From Candidatus Bathyarchaeota archaeon (lineage in GTDB: Archaea; Thermoproteota; Bathyarchaeia; 40CM-2-53-6), in contig CAVPLU010000010.1 in the NCBI GenBank assembly GCA_963706285.1, forward strand, positions 128,001 to 192,000: a stretch of DNA of 64,000 nucleotides, given 5' to 3'. Of this stretch, positions 21,777 through 30,345 are shown one piece after another; the first letter of the stretch is position 1; the number at the start of each line of letters is the position of its first letter. The notes under the pieces are model-generated. The model did no database searches. It was not told the DNA's origin and saw only the letters and a list, made by a program, of their open reading frames with translations. Both the position numbers and the translations under genes were made by a program.

Positions 21777-22708
21777 TCAGGTTAGGAGTGATGCGAGGAT
21801 TCCTTTGGCGCCGTGGAACTTGTACTCGGCCTGTTTCCACGCTATGCTCTTCGGGCCATCAAGCACGTCAGCCGTGATCTCCTGGCCTCTGTGTGCAGGT
21901 AAGCAATGCATGACCACTGCGTCAGTTTTGGCTTTCGCGAGGAGCTCGTCGTCGATCTGGAACCCTTCGAAATCCATTAGCTTCTGTGCCTTGTCAGCGT
22001 CTTGTCCCATGCTCACCCAGACGTCTGTGTAGAGAATGTCAGCTTCCTCCACAGCCTCTGAGGGGTCATCGGTGTACCAGATCTTCGAGTTGTACTTCTG
22101 CGCCAGCGCGTTTGCTTCTGAGCAATTTCGGCGCTCGGCTGATATCCCGTAGGCGTTGCGATGGAGATGTTCATTCCCGTGGTTGCGCATGCGAGCATTA
22201 GCGAATTGCACACGTTGTTGCCGTCGCCGATCCAAGCGAGCTTGAGCCCTTCAAGTGAGCCCTTCGCATCTTCGATCGCTGCCAGGTCTGACAATGCTTG
22301 GGTTGGATGTTCAATGTCACTCAATGCGTTGATGACCGGGATACTTGCGTGCTCCGCGAGTTCAGCGAGAGTGTCATGATCCGATGTTCGGTAGACAAGC
22401 GCATCCAAATAACCTGACAGTACGCGTGCGGTGTCTTTGATGGGTTCTCCGCGCTTCAGTTGAAGTTCGTCCGGCCTCATGTAGAGTACGTTCGCTCCAA
22501 GTCTCATTGCGGCCGACTCGAAGCTAACTCTGGTTCGGGTGGACGGATGTTCGAACAACAGTCCCACAACACTTCCAGCTAGGATTCGAGCTGGCGTACT
22601 TCCTGGGGCTACAGGTTTCAGTTTCTTTATCGACTTGAGGACCGTCTGAATCTCAGATTTGTCGAAATCAGCAACAGAGAGGAGGTCTCTCCCTTTCAAC
22701 GCTGCCAT
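21777..22708 (-). CDS. argF: Ornithine carbamoyltransferase, 1-nt indel near 22115
   Basis: STRTRVSFE, HPTQAL, GDGNNV, YTDVWVSMG, HCLPAHRG. Confidence 0.92.
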
Positions 22709-22794
22709 TATGCAATCACTCTGATTACAGGTTATGATTCAATGAGCATGGTGCGTGCTCTTTAAAGTACCACATGCGGAGGAAACGATCTAGC

Positions 22795-23112
22795 TTACTT
22801 CTTCACTTTGAGTTCAATGCCTACGGTTCTTTTGACGAGTTGCGCCAACGTGTCCGTGCTCGTCTTTGGGCCTTTCTTTGTAGGTATGGATACTACGAGC
22901 GGGTACTCCTTACGATGTTTCGCCAGCGCCGGCTGAACCCACTCCATCACAGGCTCGGTTACTAGCACAATAGAGACTGAATTATCCGAAAAGAACTGTG
23001 CTAATGCTTTTTCAGCTTCGGCGCGGTCCTTCACAAATCTGCTTTTCCTGATGCCTGAGACTTTGAAGTAGGCGGCGGTTTCTCGGTCTCCCAGCAATGC
23101 GATCTTAGTCAT
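22795..23112 (-). CDS. atpF: A/V-type ATP synthase subunit F
   Basis: KIALLGDRET..FKVSGI, PLVVSIP, LVKRTVGIE. Confidence 0.85.
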   Translation of the reverse strand: MTKIALLGDRETAAYFKVSGIRKSRFVKDRAEAEKALAQFFSDNSVSIVLVTEPVMEWVQPALAKHRKEYPLVVSIPTKKGPKTSTDTLAQLVKRTVGIELKVKK

Positions 23113-23136
23113 GTCTTGGAGTCAACTCCTCTTACA

Positions 23137-23604
23137 TTAGAACTGTTTCAGCACATCATCTTTTCCCATTATTCGTCCGCAATAGTGACAGCGTATCCTT
23201 AGAGGTTCAGCGACCTCGACTTTAAACTCGGAGGTCACCGGCTCACGCGCGTTTACCACACATGAGGGGTTGTTACACTTTATGATCCCCTTGATGATCC
23301 GTGGGAATTCCACGTGCTTCTTCGAGATAACCTCGTAGTCTCTAACGATGTTAATGGTTGCTTTCGGAGCGATAAGCGCGATCTTGTCAACCTCTTGAGG
23401 ATTCAGTTCTCTATCTTCTATCTTGACGATGTCTTTTCGTCCTAGGTCTTTGCTCTCAACGTTCAGGACGGCGCTGACGACTTCGCCTCGTTTCCCGTTG
23501 ATATCCAGCATGTGAAGAACATCAAGCGCATGTCCGGGGTCGATGTGATCGATTACTGTTCCATTCCGGATCTTCTTGACGTACAACTGGTCCTTGGATG
23601 ACAA
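23137..23604 (-). CDS. pyrI: Aspartate carbamoyltransferase regulatory subunit
   Basis: IRNGTVIDHI, KDIVKIE, CNNPSC, CHYC. Confidence 0.97.
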   Translation of the reverse strand: MSSKDQLYVKKIRNGTVIDHIDPGHALDVLHMLDINGKRGEVVSAVLNVESKDLGRKDIVKIEDRELNPQEVDKIALIAPKATINIVRDYEVISKKHVEFPRIIKGIIKCNNPSCVVNAREPVTSEFKVEVAEPLRIRCHYCGRIMGKDDVLKQF

Positions 23605-23731
23605 ACGTTGCTCAGACTCGCTTGTGCAGAGGCCGCTATATATGAATTGGAACCCGCACTCAGATCGCCACCGTCAAAGTCTGCGCGGCTGGCGCTAGAT
23701 TATTTACCAAACCCTTGGCTTAGAGCTGTAG

Positions 23732-24661
23732 GTGGCTCCGGTGGAGTTCGCTGGAAGAGACATTGTATCAATCAGAGATTTCACACGTGAAGAGATCGAC
23801 TATGTTCTGAAGACGACCGATGGTCTCGAGCCTCTAGCTAGAAAAAGTTCAGACATGCTCCACGGCAAGATCCTCGCCACGGCTTTCTTCGAGCCAAGCA
23901 CGCGAACAAGGCTTAGTTTCGAATCGGCCATGTTTAGGCTCGGCGGAACGTGTATCGGGTTCGCGGATCCAAAAGCCGCCTCTGTCGAAAAGGGAGAGAA
24001 TCTGGCAGATACTGTGAGAGTCATCGAGAACTACGCTGATGCGCTGGTGATACGTCACCCACTTGAGGGCGCTGCGAGGCTAGCAGCTGAGTTCGCTTCG
24101 GTGCCTGTGATCAACGCGGGCAGCGGCGCGGAGGAGCACCCAACCCAGGCTTTGCTGGACCTCTACACTATGAAGCGTGAGAAGGGTAGAATCGATGGTC
24201 TAACAGTCGGGCTTGTCGGAGATCTGAGATATGGAAGGACTGTTCATTCGCTCGCCTACGCGCTTGCACAATACAATGTGAAACTACACTTGATCTCTCC
24301 AGACCAACTACGCATGAGAAGAGACGTGCTTGTAGAAGTTGAGAAGAAGATACGCGTCGAAGAGAGTACGAGTCTCAAGAAGCTTCTGCCGGAGCTTGAT
24401 GTCATCTATATGACGCGGATCCAGAAGGAGCGCTTTCCAGACCTTGCCGAATATGAGAAGGTGAGAGGAGTCTACAGGCTAGATGCGACAGAGCTGGAGT
24501 CGGCGAAGAAGGATGCGATTGTTATGCATCCTCTTCCGAGGGTTGACGAGATCAGCTCGGATGTTGACGGGACTTCTCACTCGAAATACTTCAAACAGGT
24601 GTGGTATGGACTTCTCACTCGCATGACTCTGATATCGCTAGTCCTTGGCGGAGTAAAGTAA
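23732..24661 (+). CDS. pyrB: Aspartate carbamoyltransferase catalytic subunit
   Basis: FEPSTRTRLSFE, HPTQALLD, GDLRYGRTVHSL, MHPLPRVDEI. Confidence 0.97.
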   Translation: MAPVEFAGRDIVSIRDFTREEIDYVLKTTDGLEPLARKSSDMLHGKILATAFFEPSTRTRLSFESAMFRLGGTCIGFADPKAASVEKGENLADTVRVIENYADALVIRHPLEGAARLAAEFASVPVINAGSGAEEHPTQALLDLYTMKREKGRIDGLTVGLVGDLRYGRTVHSLAYALAQYNVKLHLISPDQLRMRRDVLVEVEKKIRVEESTSLKKLLPELDVIYMTRIQKERFPDLAEYEKVRGVYRLDATELESAKKDAIVMHPLPRVDEISSDVDGTSHSKYFKQVWYGLLTRMTLISLVLGGVK

Positions 24662-24677
24662 GGCTGCGACAGGCTTT

Positions 24678-24728
24678 CTGTTACCTCATGTAACAGTTTA
24701 TATTCCTGCAATGTTACCTACGGTAAAC
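24678..24728 (+). promoter_or_regulatory. TATA box flanked by two GTTAC-N5-GTAA operator-like palindromes
   Basis: CTGTTAC-CTCAT-GTAACAG (24678-24696), TTTATAT (24697-24703), TGTTAC-CTACG-GTAAAC (24712-24728). Confidence 0.7.
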
Positions 24729-24736
24729 GAGGAACG

Positions 24737-25483
24737 TTGCAACTCGCAGTACTCAACACTCCAAGAATTGCCCGAGTCCGTCCAGTCCACGTTCTAGACT
24801 ACATGGCCTTCAGAGACACCTTCAGCTCCGAAACGAATGAAACCGAACTCCACATGCTGGAGAAATTCCAAGCGGCAAGGTCGATGATCCAGCAAGGCAT
24901 CCAGGACACATTCGTCTCACCTACCCTGAGAACAATCCCAGAGAGCGGTCGTGTCATAGAGGTTGACGTTTGCGGAATAGACCGCGACGATCTGCACCTC
25001 GTCTTCTGTGAAACAGGCCCTGTTAACGCGAATCTGCTTCAGAGCTTGGAGCTCGTGGAGGCCGCGGAAAACGCAGACGCGACTCTACTGTTTCCTTCAA
25101 GAACTGACACGAGCGAGATTGCTGAACAATTTCCCGAGGCGATAGAGTCTGGCAAATTCGAGGTTCAGCGTCTTCCGTGGCGCGAGCATGCTATCGACAG
25201 AACGTTCCGTGAGGCTTTGGAGATAATCGACCTGCTAGGAAATGAGACTAGAGTCCGCATGCTTGTGCCTCTGCTTGAGAGGTCGCACAGTAAGAGGCAG
25301 TATCGAGCAGAGATCAATCCTAAGCTCGTCTATGAGAACGTCACATCTTTGCTTACCCATCGACTCATCGATGAGCTCGACGACGACACCTATGGATTGT
25401 CACAAGCAGGCAGACAGATTTTCTGCGAATACATGGCGTTCTTGGAAAGAGTACGTCGAGTATTGGAGGAGAATAGAGAATGA
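24737..25483 (+). CDS. Putative transcription regulator with C-terminal Phr/ArsR-like winged helix
   Basis: IIDLLGNETRVRML...LIDE....YGLSQAG; N-terminal part has a nuclease-fold-like EVDVCG..VFCET pattern. Confidence 0.6.
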   Translation: MQLAVLNTPRIARVRPVHVLDYMAFRDTFSSETNETELHMLEKFQAARSMIQQGIQDTFVSPTLRTIPESGRVIEVDVCGIDRDDLHLVFCETGPVNANLLQSLELVEAAENADATLLFPSRTDTSEIAEQFPEAIESGKFEVQRLPWREHAIDRTFREALEIIDLLGNETRVRMLVPLLERSHSKRQYRAEINPKLVYENVTSLLTHRLIDELDDDTYGLSQAGRQIFCEYMAFLERVRRVLEENRE

Positions 25484-25965
25484 TAGAAGAAAATGAGATG
25501 AATGGTGCATTTGAGTTCCCGGAACGACTTTGGAAGCGACCAATGGAATTCCATGAAGGCAAGGCTCGCCCGCGTATCGCAGCTGCGAGCTACAATCAGG
25601 GAGTTTCCCACCCAGTGTTCGAAGATGAGACCGCTCCAACTGATCAAGAGCATGAAGATACAGCAGATCAGCCTGGCAAGGCTCTAGCAGAGCCTCAAGT
25701 GAGGGTTTCTACTGAGGCAGGGAATGCGAGAGTCACCGTCGAGTTGCCTTCAGCAGACAAGAATGATTTGAGTCTCCATTGCGCCGAGAACTCTCTTACT
25801 TTGTCGATTAAGACAGAGGCAGGCTCATGGGTGAAGGAGATTCCTTTGCCTTTTCGAGTCGATCCTGACACGGCGAAAGCTGTGTTCAGGAACAAGAAAC
25901 TGGAGTTGATTGTGAGAAAGCATGGAAGCTTCAATCCTCCTAGACCGAAAATAGATTGGGTGTGA
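25480..25965 (+). CDS. Hsp20/alpha-crystallin-like protein
   Basis: VTVELPSADKNDL..KEIPLPFRVDPDTAKAVFRNKKLEL. Confidence 0.8.
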   Translation: MIEENEMNGAFEFPERLWKRPMEFHEGKARPRIAAASYNQGVSHPVFEDETAPTDQEHEDTADQPGKALAEPQVRVSTEAGNARVTVELPSADKNDLSLHCAENSLTLSIKTEAGSWVKEIPLPFRVDPDTAKAVFRNKKLELIVRKHGSFNPPRPKIDWV

Positions 25966-26459
25966 GATTGACGACAGACGCTGCAGGACAATTGGACAAA
26001 TGCAAGAACTTTGGCGATGTCTTCGAGATTGTAAAGAAGACTGTAGAACACTCGCTGGGTCAGAGACGGTCAGGCTTGATGCTCTACCTGGCTGAGCTCC
26101 CTGATCAAATAGGGGCATTCCATGGAGTCGGCTCGAATGGAATTGTCATGAACAAGAGAGGGCTCGACGCAGTCACACATTCGGCTCGAACTCTTCGCGA
26201 GATCAACGCGTACGTCTACTCGATACTGCTTCACGAGTATCTGCATTCGCTAGGCTACATTGATGAGGGGCAGGTTAGGAAATTGGTTTTCGAGATTTCG
26301 AAGGATAATCTAGGCTCGGATCATCCGGCCACCGAGATCGCGCACAAAGGCCCTGCGATGATATTCCCAGGCGTCGGCGAACCTACTTCAGGAGAACATT
26401 CAGACAAAATGGAACTCATCACTGACTTCGATAGATCCACCAACAGCTACATCAAATAG
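25956..26459 (+). CDS. Conserved hypothetical HExxH (zincin-like) protein
   Basis: IGAFH..SNGIVMN..ILLHEYLHSLGYIDE. Confidence 0.7.
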   Translation: MGVRLTTDAAGQLDKCKNFGDVFEIVKKTVEHSLGQRRSGLMLYLAELPDQIGAFHGVGSNGIVMNKRGLDAVTHSARTLREINAYVYSILLHEYLHSLGYIDEGQVRKLVFEISKDNLGSDHPATEIAHKGPAMIFPGVGEPTSGEHSDKMELITDFDRSTNSYIK

Positions 26460-26666
26460 AATACCTGACTTGATGCTTGCTGATTGTTCAAGGAACGTGT
26501 TCTTGGTCCCGAGATTGTTAGGCACAAGCACGTTGCCCGAAGACAACAACTTGCCCAATCTTCGAAACGGCAAAGCGATTACTCAATCTGGAGCTTTCAC
26601 GCGAGTTGGAGCTTGCGGATTGAGGGAAAGATAGAATTAGGGAGCGGTCGTCCTGTTACGTCGCTT

Positions 26667-26759
26667 GGGGCCGTTGTCTAGCATGGTATGATACCCGGCT
26701 CGGGGCATTAAATGCGAGAGCCCGGGAGGCCGTGGGTTCAAATCCCACCGGCCCCACCA
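26667..26759 (+). tRNA. tRNA-Pro(CGG) with 16-nt intron at 37/38 (26705-26720) and encoded CCA
   Basis: Acceptor GGGGCCG/CGGCCCC, anticodon stem CCCGG/CCGGG, T arm GTGGG-TTCAAAT-CCCAC; canonical BHB with helix CTCG/CGAG and bulges GG|G and AG|C. Confidence 0.95.
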
Positions 26760-26812
26760 TTCTACAAGTTCAAATCAAATAACCATTAACTAGCGACCAG
26801 CGTTTTCTTTAC

Positions 26813-27259
26813 TTGGTCTGCATGGCGATGAGAAAGAGTGGTTCCCAGAGAGTCGAATCTGCATCTCGACTGATAGACGCGAGAATCCAGGAGCTAGGCG
26901 ACTGGCGCGGAGAGATGCTTTCCCGCCTCCGCGCTTTGATCAAGCAAGCCGACCCCAACGTGGTCGAGGAGGTGAAATGGAGGAAGCCATCGAACCCCGC
27001 CGGGGTTCCGGTGTGGTACGATGACGGGATCATTTGCACCGGCGAGACCTACAAGAACCACGTAAGGCTGACCTTCGCCAAGGGAGCTTCTCTCAAGGAC
27101 CCGAAAGGCCTCTTCAATTCTAGTCTCGAGGGTAGAGCGAGGCGTGCCATCGACTTCCGCGAAGGCGACAAGGTTAACGAGAAGGCTCTGAAAACTCTTA
27201 TTCGCGCCGCCGTGGCCCTGAACACGTCCTCGACCAGAAGCAGAGAGCGTAATACCTAG
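26813..27259 (+). CDS. DUF1801 (YdhG-like) protein
   Basis: LGDWRGEML, EEVKW, GVPVW, TGETYK, LTFAKGASLKDP..LFNSSLEG..RRAID; GC-richer than neighbours and directly after the tRNA. Confidence 0.88.
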   Translation: MVCMAMRKSGSQRVESASRLIDARIQELGDWRGEMLSRLRALIKQADPNVVEEVKWRKPSNPAGVPVWYDDGIICTGETYKNHVRLTFAKGASLKDPKGLFNSSLEGRARRAIDFREGDKVNEKALKTLIRAAVALNTSSTRSRERNT

Positions 27260-27395
27260 AGGATACAGGCGTGGAGCGCTTTTCACTTCAGCCGGTGGCT
27301 GCCTGTACATGATGAACAGAATTATCGACTCGTCAAAAGCGGCACCTCTTTCCCGGAGGCCGGCACCTCTTTTGAGTTGGAGTGCTAGTGTCGTT

Positions 27396-27830
27396 CTAAC
27401 CGGTGCTCGATCGAGCGAATTGAAGAGCGCCGTAGGCGGCGGGCATCCTCTGTTGAAGATATGGCAGTCTCTTTCTTTCTCTAGCAATATTTTCCAGATT
27501 AAGGCTAGCAGCAGCGAGGCTCGGTGTTCCCTTCGCGCGGGTCATTACGTGGCAATCGGGAGAGACTATTTGGCTATGACCGAAGAAGACAGTCCGCCCT
27601 TCTCGCCCGATCATGTTCGACATGCAAACAAATACTCCGTTCTCACCAGCGCGGCTGCGCAAGAAAGTGTCCACATGATTCTGAAAGGGCCTCATCTCAG
27701 CAGAAGGGAAGAAAATCATCTTAGCTCCGCCTAGTGCTAGGATCCTCGAAGGCTCCGGGAATTCTAGGTCATAGCAGATCCCGATTCCGATTTCTCCGAC
27801 ATGGCAAGTGCCAAATACACGCCAAGCGCA
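27396..27830 (-). pseudogene. 5'-truncated carbon-nitrogen hydrolase (nitrilase superfamily)
   Basis: GIGICYDLEFPE, RAGENGVFV, FFGHSQIVSP present; N-terminal half carrying the catalytic Glu and Lys absent, replaced by the divergent cupin gene. Confidence 0.7.
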
Positions 27831-27849
27831 TTCTGTTACGGCGACATCG

Positions 27850-28194
27850 ATGTCAGTCGTTCTTGTTAGGAAATCCGGGATAGTTCCCGAGAAGTTTGAG
27901 GCTGGAAAGGCTGATCTGAAACTCGTTGATGTGATCGATAGAAAACAAGAGGCACCGTTTACTGCTGGGATTCTTGAAGTCGTAGGATCGGAGCCGTGCG
28001 AGTTCGAATACGACAACGATGGTGCAGTAGTCTACTGTACTGAAGGATCGTTTCTGCTGAAAGAGGGACAAATTAAGACGGAAGTTCAAGCCGGCGATGT
28101 GGTGTACATACCGAAGAAGAAGGGGCTAAAGGTTGAGTGGTCCTCCCGGACTAGAGGTAAAGGCTTCTACGTTACCTATCCGCACTGGCGCTAG
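27850..28194 (+). CDS. EutQ-like cupin protein
   Basis: APFTAGILEV, FEYDND, AGDVVYIPK, FYVTYPHW. Confidence 0.7.
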   Translation: MSVVLVRKSGIVPEKFEAGKADLKLVDVIDRKQEAPFTAGILEVVGSEPCEFEYDNDGAVVYCTEGSFLLKEGQIKTEVQAGDVVYIPKKKGLKVEWSSRTRGKGFYVTYPHWR

Positions 28195-29006
28195 CGTGCT
28201 ACATCCTCTACTTCTCTATACCACTTTTTCTTGGCGCCGACCCTAGCTCTGAGTTTCCACCCCATCGTCTTGGGCTGGTCCTCTATTGTCTTCAGAACTG
28301 TTTGTATTTTGCCTGATATGTCTGCTCGATCTTCATCGGTGAGTTCACCAAAGGATGGCAGGCGATCTTGGATCTTCTTGAGGTTCTCCGTGAAGGTGTA
28401 GTAGAATCCCCAGTCTTCTGACAGCATTCCTGCGACATGCTGGACATCAATTGTTTCAGGTGTCTCTTCGCCGATCGAGTGTTCACGAAGAAGCATGATC
28501 GTGTCGATGACATCTTTCTCGTTTATGTGGACAATCTGCATCTTTTCAAGGAACATATCCGCCAGTGGAATTGTCAACTCATCTATTTCGAGACGCTTCG
28601 CGAACGGAATTACATGGTTCATCTCGAGTTTGTCATAGAAGATGTCTGCGTGCATACCGTTCGATTTGTTATCCCAGATCATGCGCTGATGACCGAAAAG
28701 CGCTGTAATCATCGGTTGGTCAGCGTATCCGAATTCTCTCATCATCTTGTTGATTTCGGCTCTTTGCCCGCCGTAGGCTGCAAAATCAATGTCCGACAAC
28801 ACCCTACCAAGCTTCTTGGTGAGGTAGACATGCTTCGGGCAGTGAAACTGGAAAGCCAAAGCGCCGAGAAGTCGCAGCTGTAAGTCACGTTTTTTTCCCT
28901 CGGCAACTATGTGTGCAGCTTCTTCCATCATGAGTTTCTCGTTTTGTGCGATATCTTCTGGGCTCTGCACATAGCTGCCTCCAGAGCAGTCAGGAGATCT
29001 TGTCAC
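28191..29006 (-). CDS. Uncharacterised Pol-beta-like nucleotidyltransferase-fold protein
   Basis: LRLLGALAF...SDIDF (G..DxD), HADIF, LEKMQIVHINEKDVID. Confidence 0.65.
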   Translation of the reverse strand: MTRSPDCSGGSYVQSPEDIAQNEKLMMEEAAHIVAEGKKRDLQLRLLGALAFQFHCPKHVYLTKKLGRVLSDIDFAAYGGQRAEINKMMREFGYADQPMITALFGHQRMIWDNKSNGMHADIFYDKLEMNHVIPFAKRLEIDELTIPLADMFLEKMQIVHINEKDVIDTIMLLREHSIGEETPETIDVQHVAGMLSEDWGFYYTFTENLKKIQDRLPSFGELTDEDRADISGKIQTVLKTIEDQPKTMGWKLRARVGAKKKWYREVEDVAR

Positions 29007-29210
29007 GGTATTTGTATTATTCGTCTCTCGAATTGAGAACGTCTGCAGCCGCCGTGGGTTCTTCTGAGAAACAAGTCATACTTACCCTATATAGCGCATC
29101 AACAAGGTCAATCCCACGGGCGGCACGGTTTTCGTGACACTGACTGTCAAAGAGATGTCGCGGCCAAAGGTTTAATCTTCATCAGCTCAACCGTTTCGGG
29201 CGGATCGACA

Positions 29211-30194
29211 GTGGCACAGGAAAGGTCGAAAAGAAAGTATCGGCGAGTCTTTTTCTCGACTGACCTTCACGCTTCTGAGATTGTTTTCAGGAAGTTCATC
29301 TCTGCCGCGAATTTCTATTCGGTAGACGCGCTAGTAATGGGTGGCGACGTTACAGGAAAAACAATCGTTCCTTTGGTCAGAGCCATTGACGGGAGTTTTC
29401 ATTTCAACTTTCAAGGACAGGAGTTTCAGCATGTCGCAGAGAAGGACGTGCCGGACTTTGAGACTAGGATATCGAATGCGGGGCTCTATCCCTATCGCGT
29501 TTTGGAGAATGAATACGAGAGCCTGCGTTCAGATCCGGCTAAAATCTCCGCGATCTCGGACACGTTGATGACTGAGCGCCTAGCCAGATGGGCGACTTTG
29601 GCTGAGGAGAACCTTGCTCCTCTAGATGTCAGATGCTACTGGACTGGTGGAAATGATGACTATCAGAAGGTTCTGGACGGCGTCAAGTCTAGTGAACATT
29701 TTGTGAATGCTGAGGATAGAGTAGTCCGCCTTGATAATGATCATGAGATGGTAAGTCTCGGATGGAGCAATGCTACTCCATGGAAAACCCCACGAGAATG
29801 TGACGAAGAAGTACTTGCCGAGAAACTCTGGAAAGTCATGAAGGAAGTCGGCGAACCATCAGGTTGTGTTCTGAACGTTCATCCGCCGCCTTATGATTCC
29901 GGGCTGGACATCGCACCCAAACTTGACACTAACTTTGATCCTCCCAGGGCAATAGTATCTGGGGGTCAGCAGGTGCTGATACCCGTTGGAAGCACAGCCG
30001 TTCGCGAAGTGATTGAGAAGACGCAGCCGCTTCTGACCTTATGTGGACATATTCATGAAACGAAGAACTCTTCTAAGATCGGCCGCACCATGTGCATTAA
30101 TCCAGGCTCCGAGTATGCGTCTGGGATTTTGCGCGGGGTGATTGTGAATCTGGTCAAAGACAAGGTACTGAGCTTTCAGCTGACTTCGGGGTAG
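29211..30194 (+). CDS. Calcineurin-like metallophosphoesterase (Icc-related)
   Basis: TDLH, GGDVTGK, GGNDD, HPPPY, GSTAVR, GHIHE, NPGSEY. Confidence 0.9.
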   Translation: MAQERSKRKYRRVFFSTDLHASEIVFRKFISAANFYSVDALVMGGDVTGKTIVPLVRAIDGSFHFNFQGQEFQHVAEKDVPDFETRISNAGLYPYRVLENEYESLRSDPAKISAISDTLMTERLARWATLAEENLAPLDVRCYWTGGNDDYQKVLDGVKSSEHFVNAEDRVVRLDNDHEMVSLGWSNATPWKTPRECDEEVLAEKLWKVMKEVGEPSGCVLNVHPPPYDSGLDIAPKLDTNFDPPRAIVSGGQQVLIPVGSTAVREVIEKTQPLLTLCGHIHETKNSSKIGRTMCINPGSEYASGILRGVIVNLVKDKVLSFQLTSG

Positions 30195-30345
30195 TTGGAA
30201 TCGATTGCGAGAGCATCCCAAGTTTCTGAGGGGAACAGATGAGGGTATGTTCTAAGACGTTTTAGAATTCACTTCCACGGAAAGTCCGGTATATACTGAC
30301 ATGGACTTAGTCTAATATAGTCAGCCTTACGCGATAACTGCGTTT

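Noticed and set aside
27340-27371. Direct repeat CGGCACCTCTT x2 and nearby ATGATGA (C-box-like)
   Set aside because: Only two short copies and no properly placed CTGA D box; insufficient for a repeat or C/D sRNA call.
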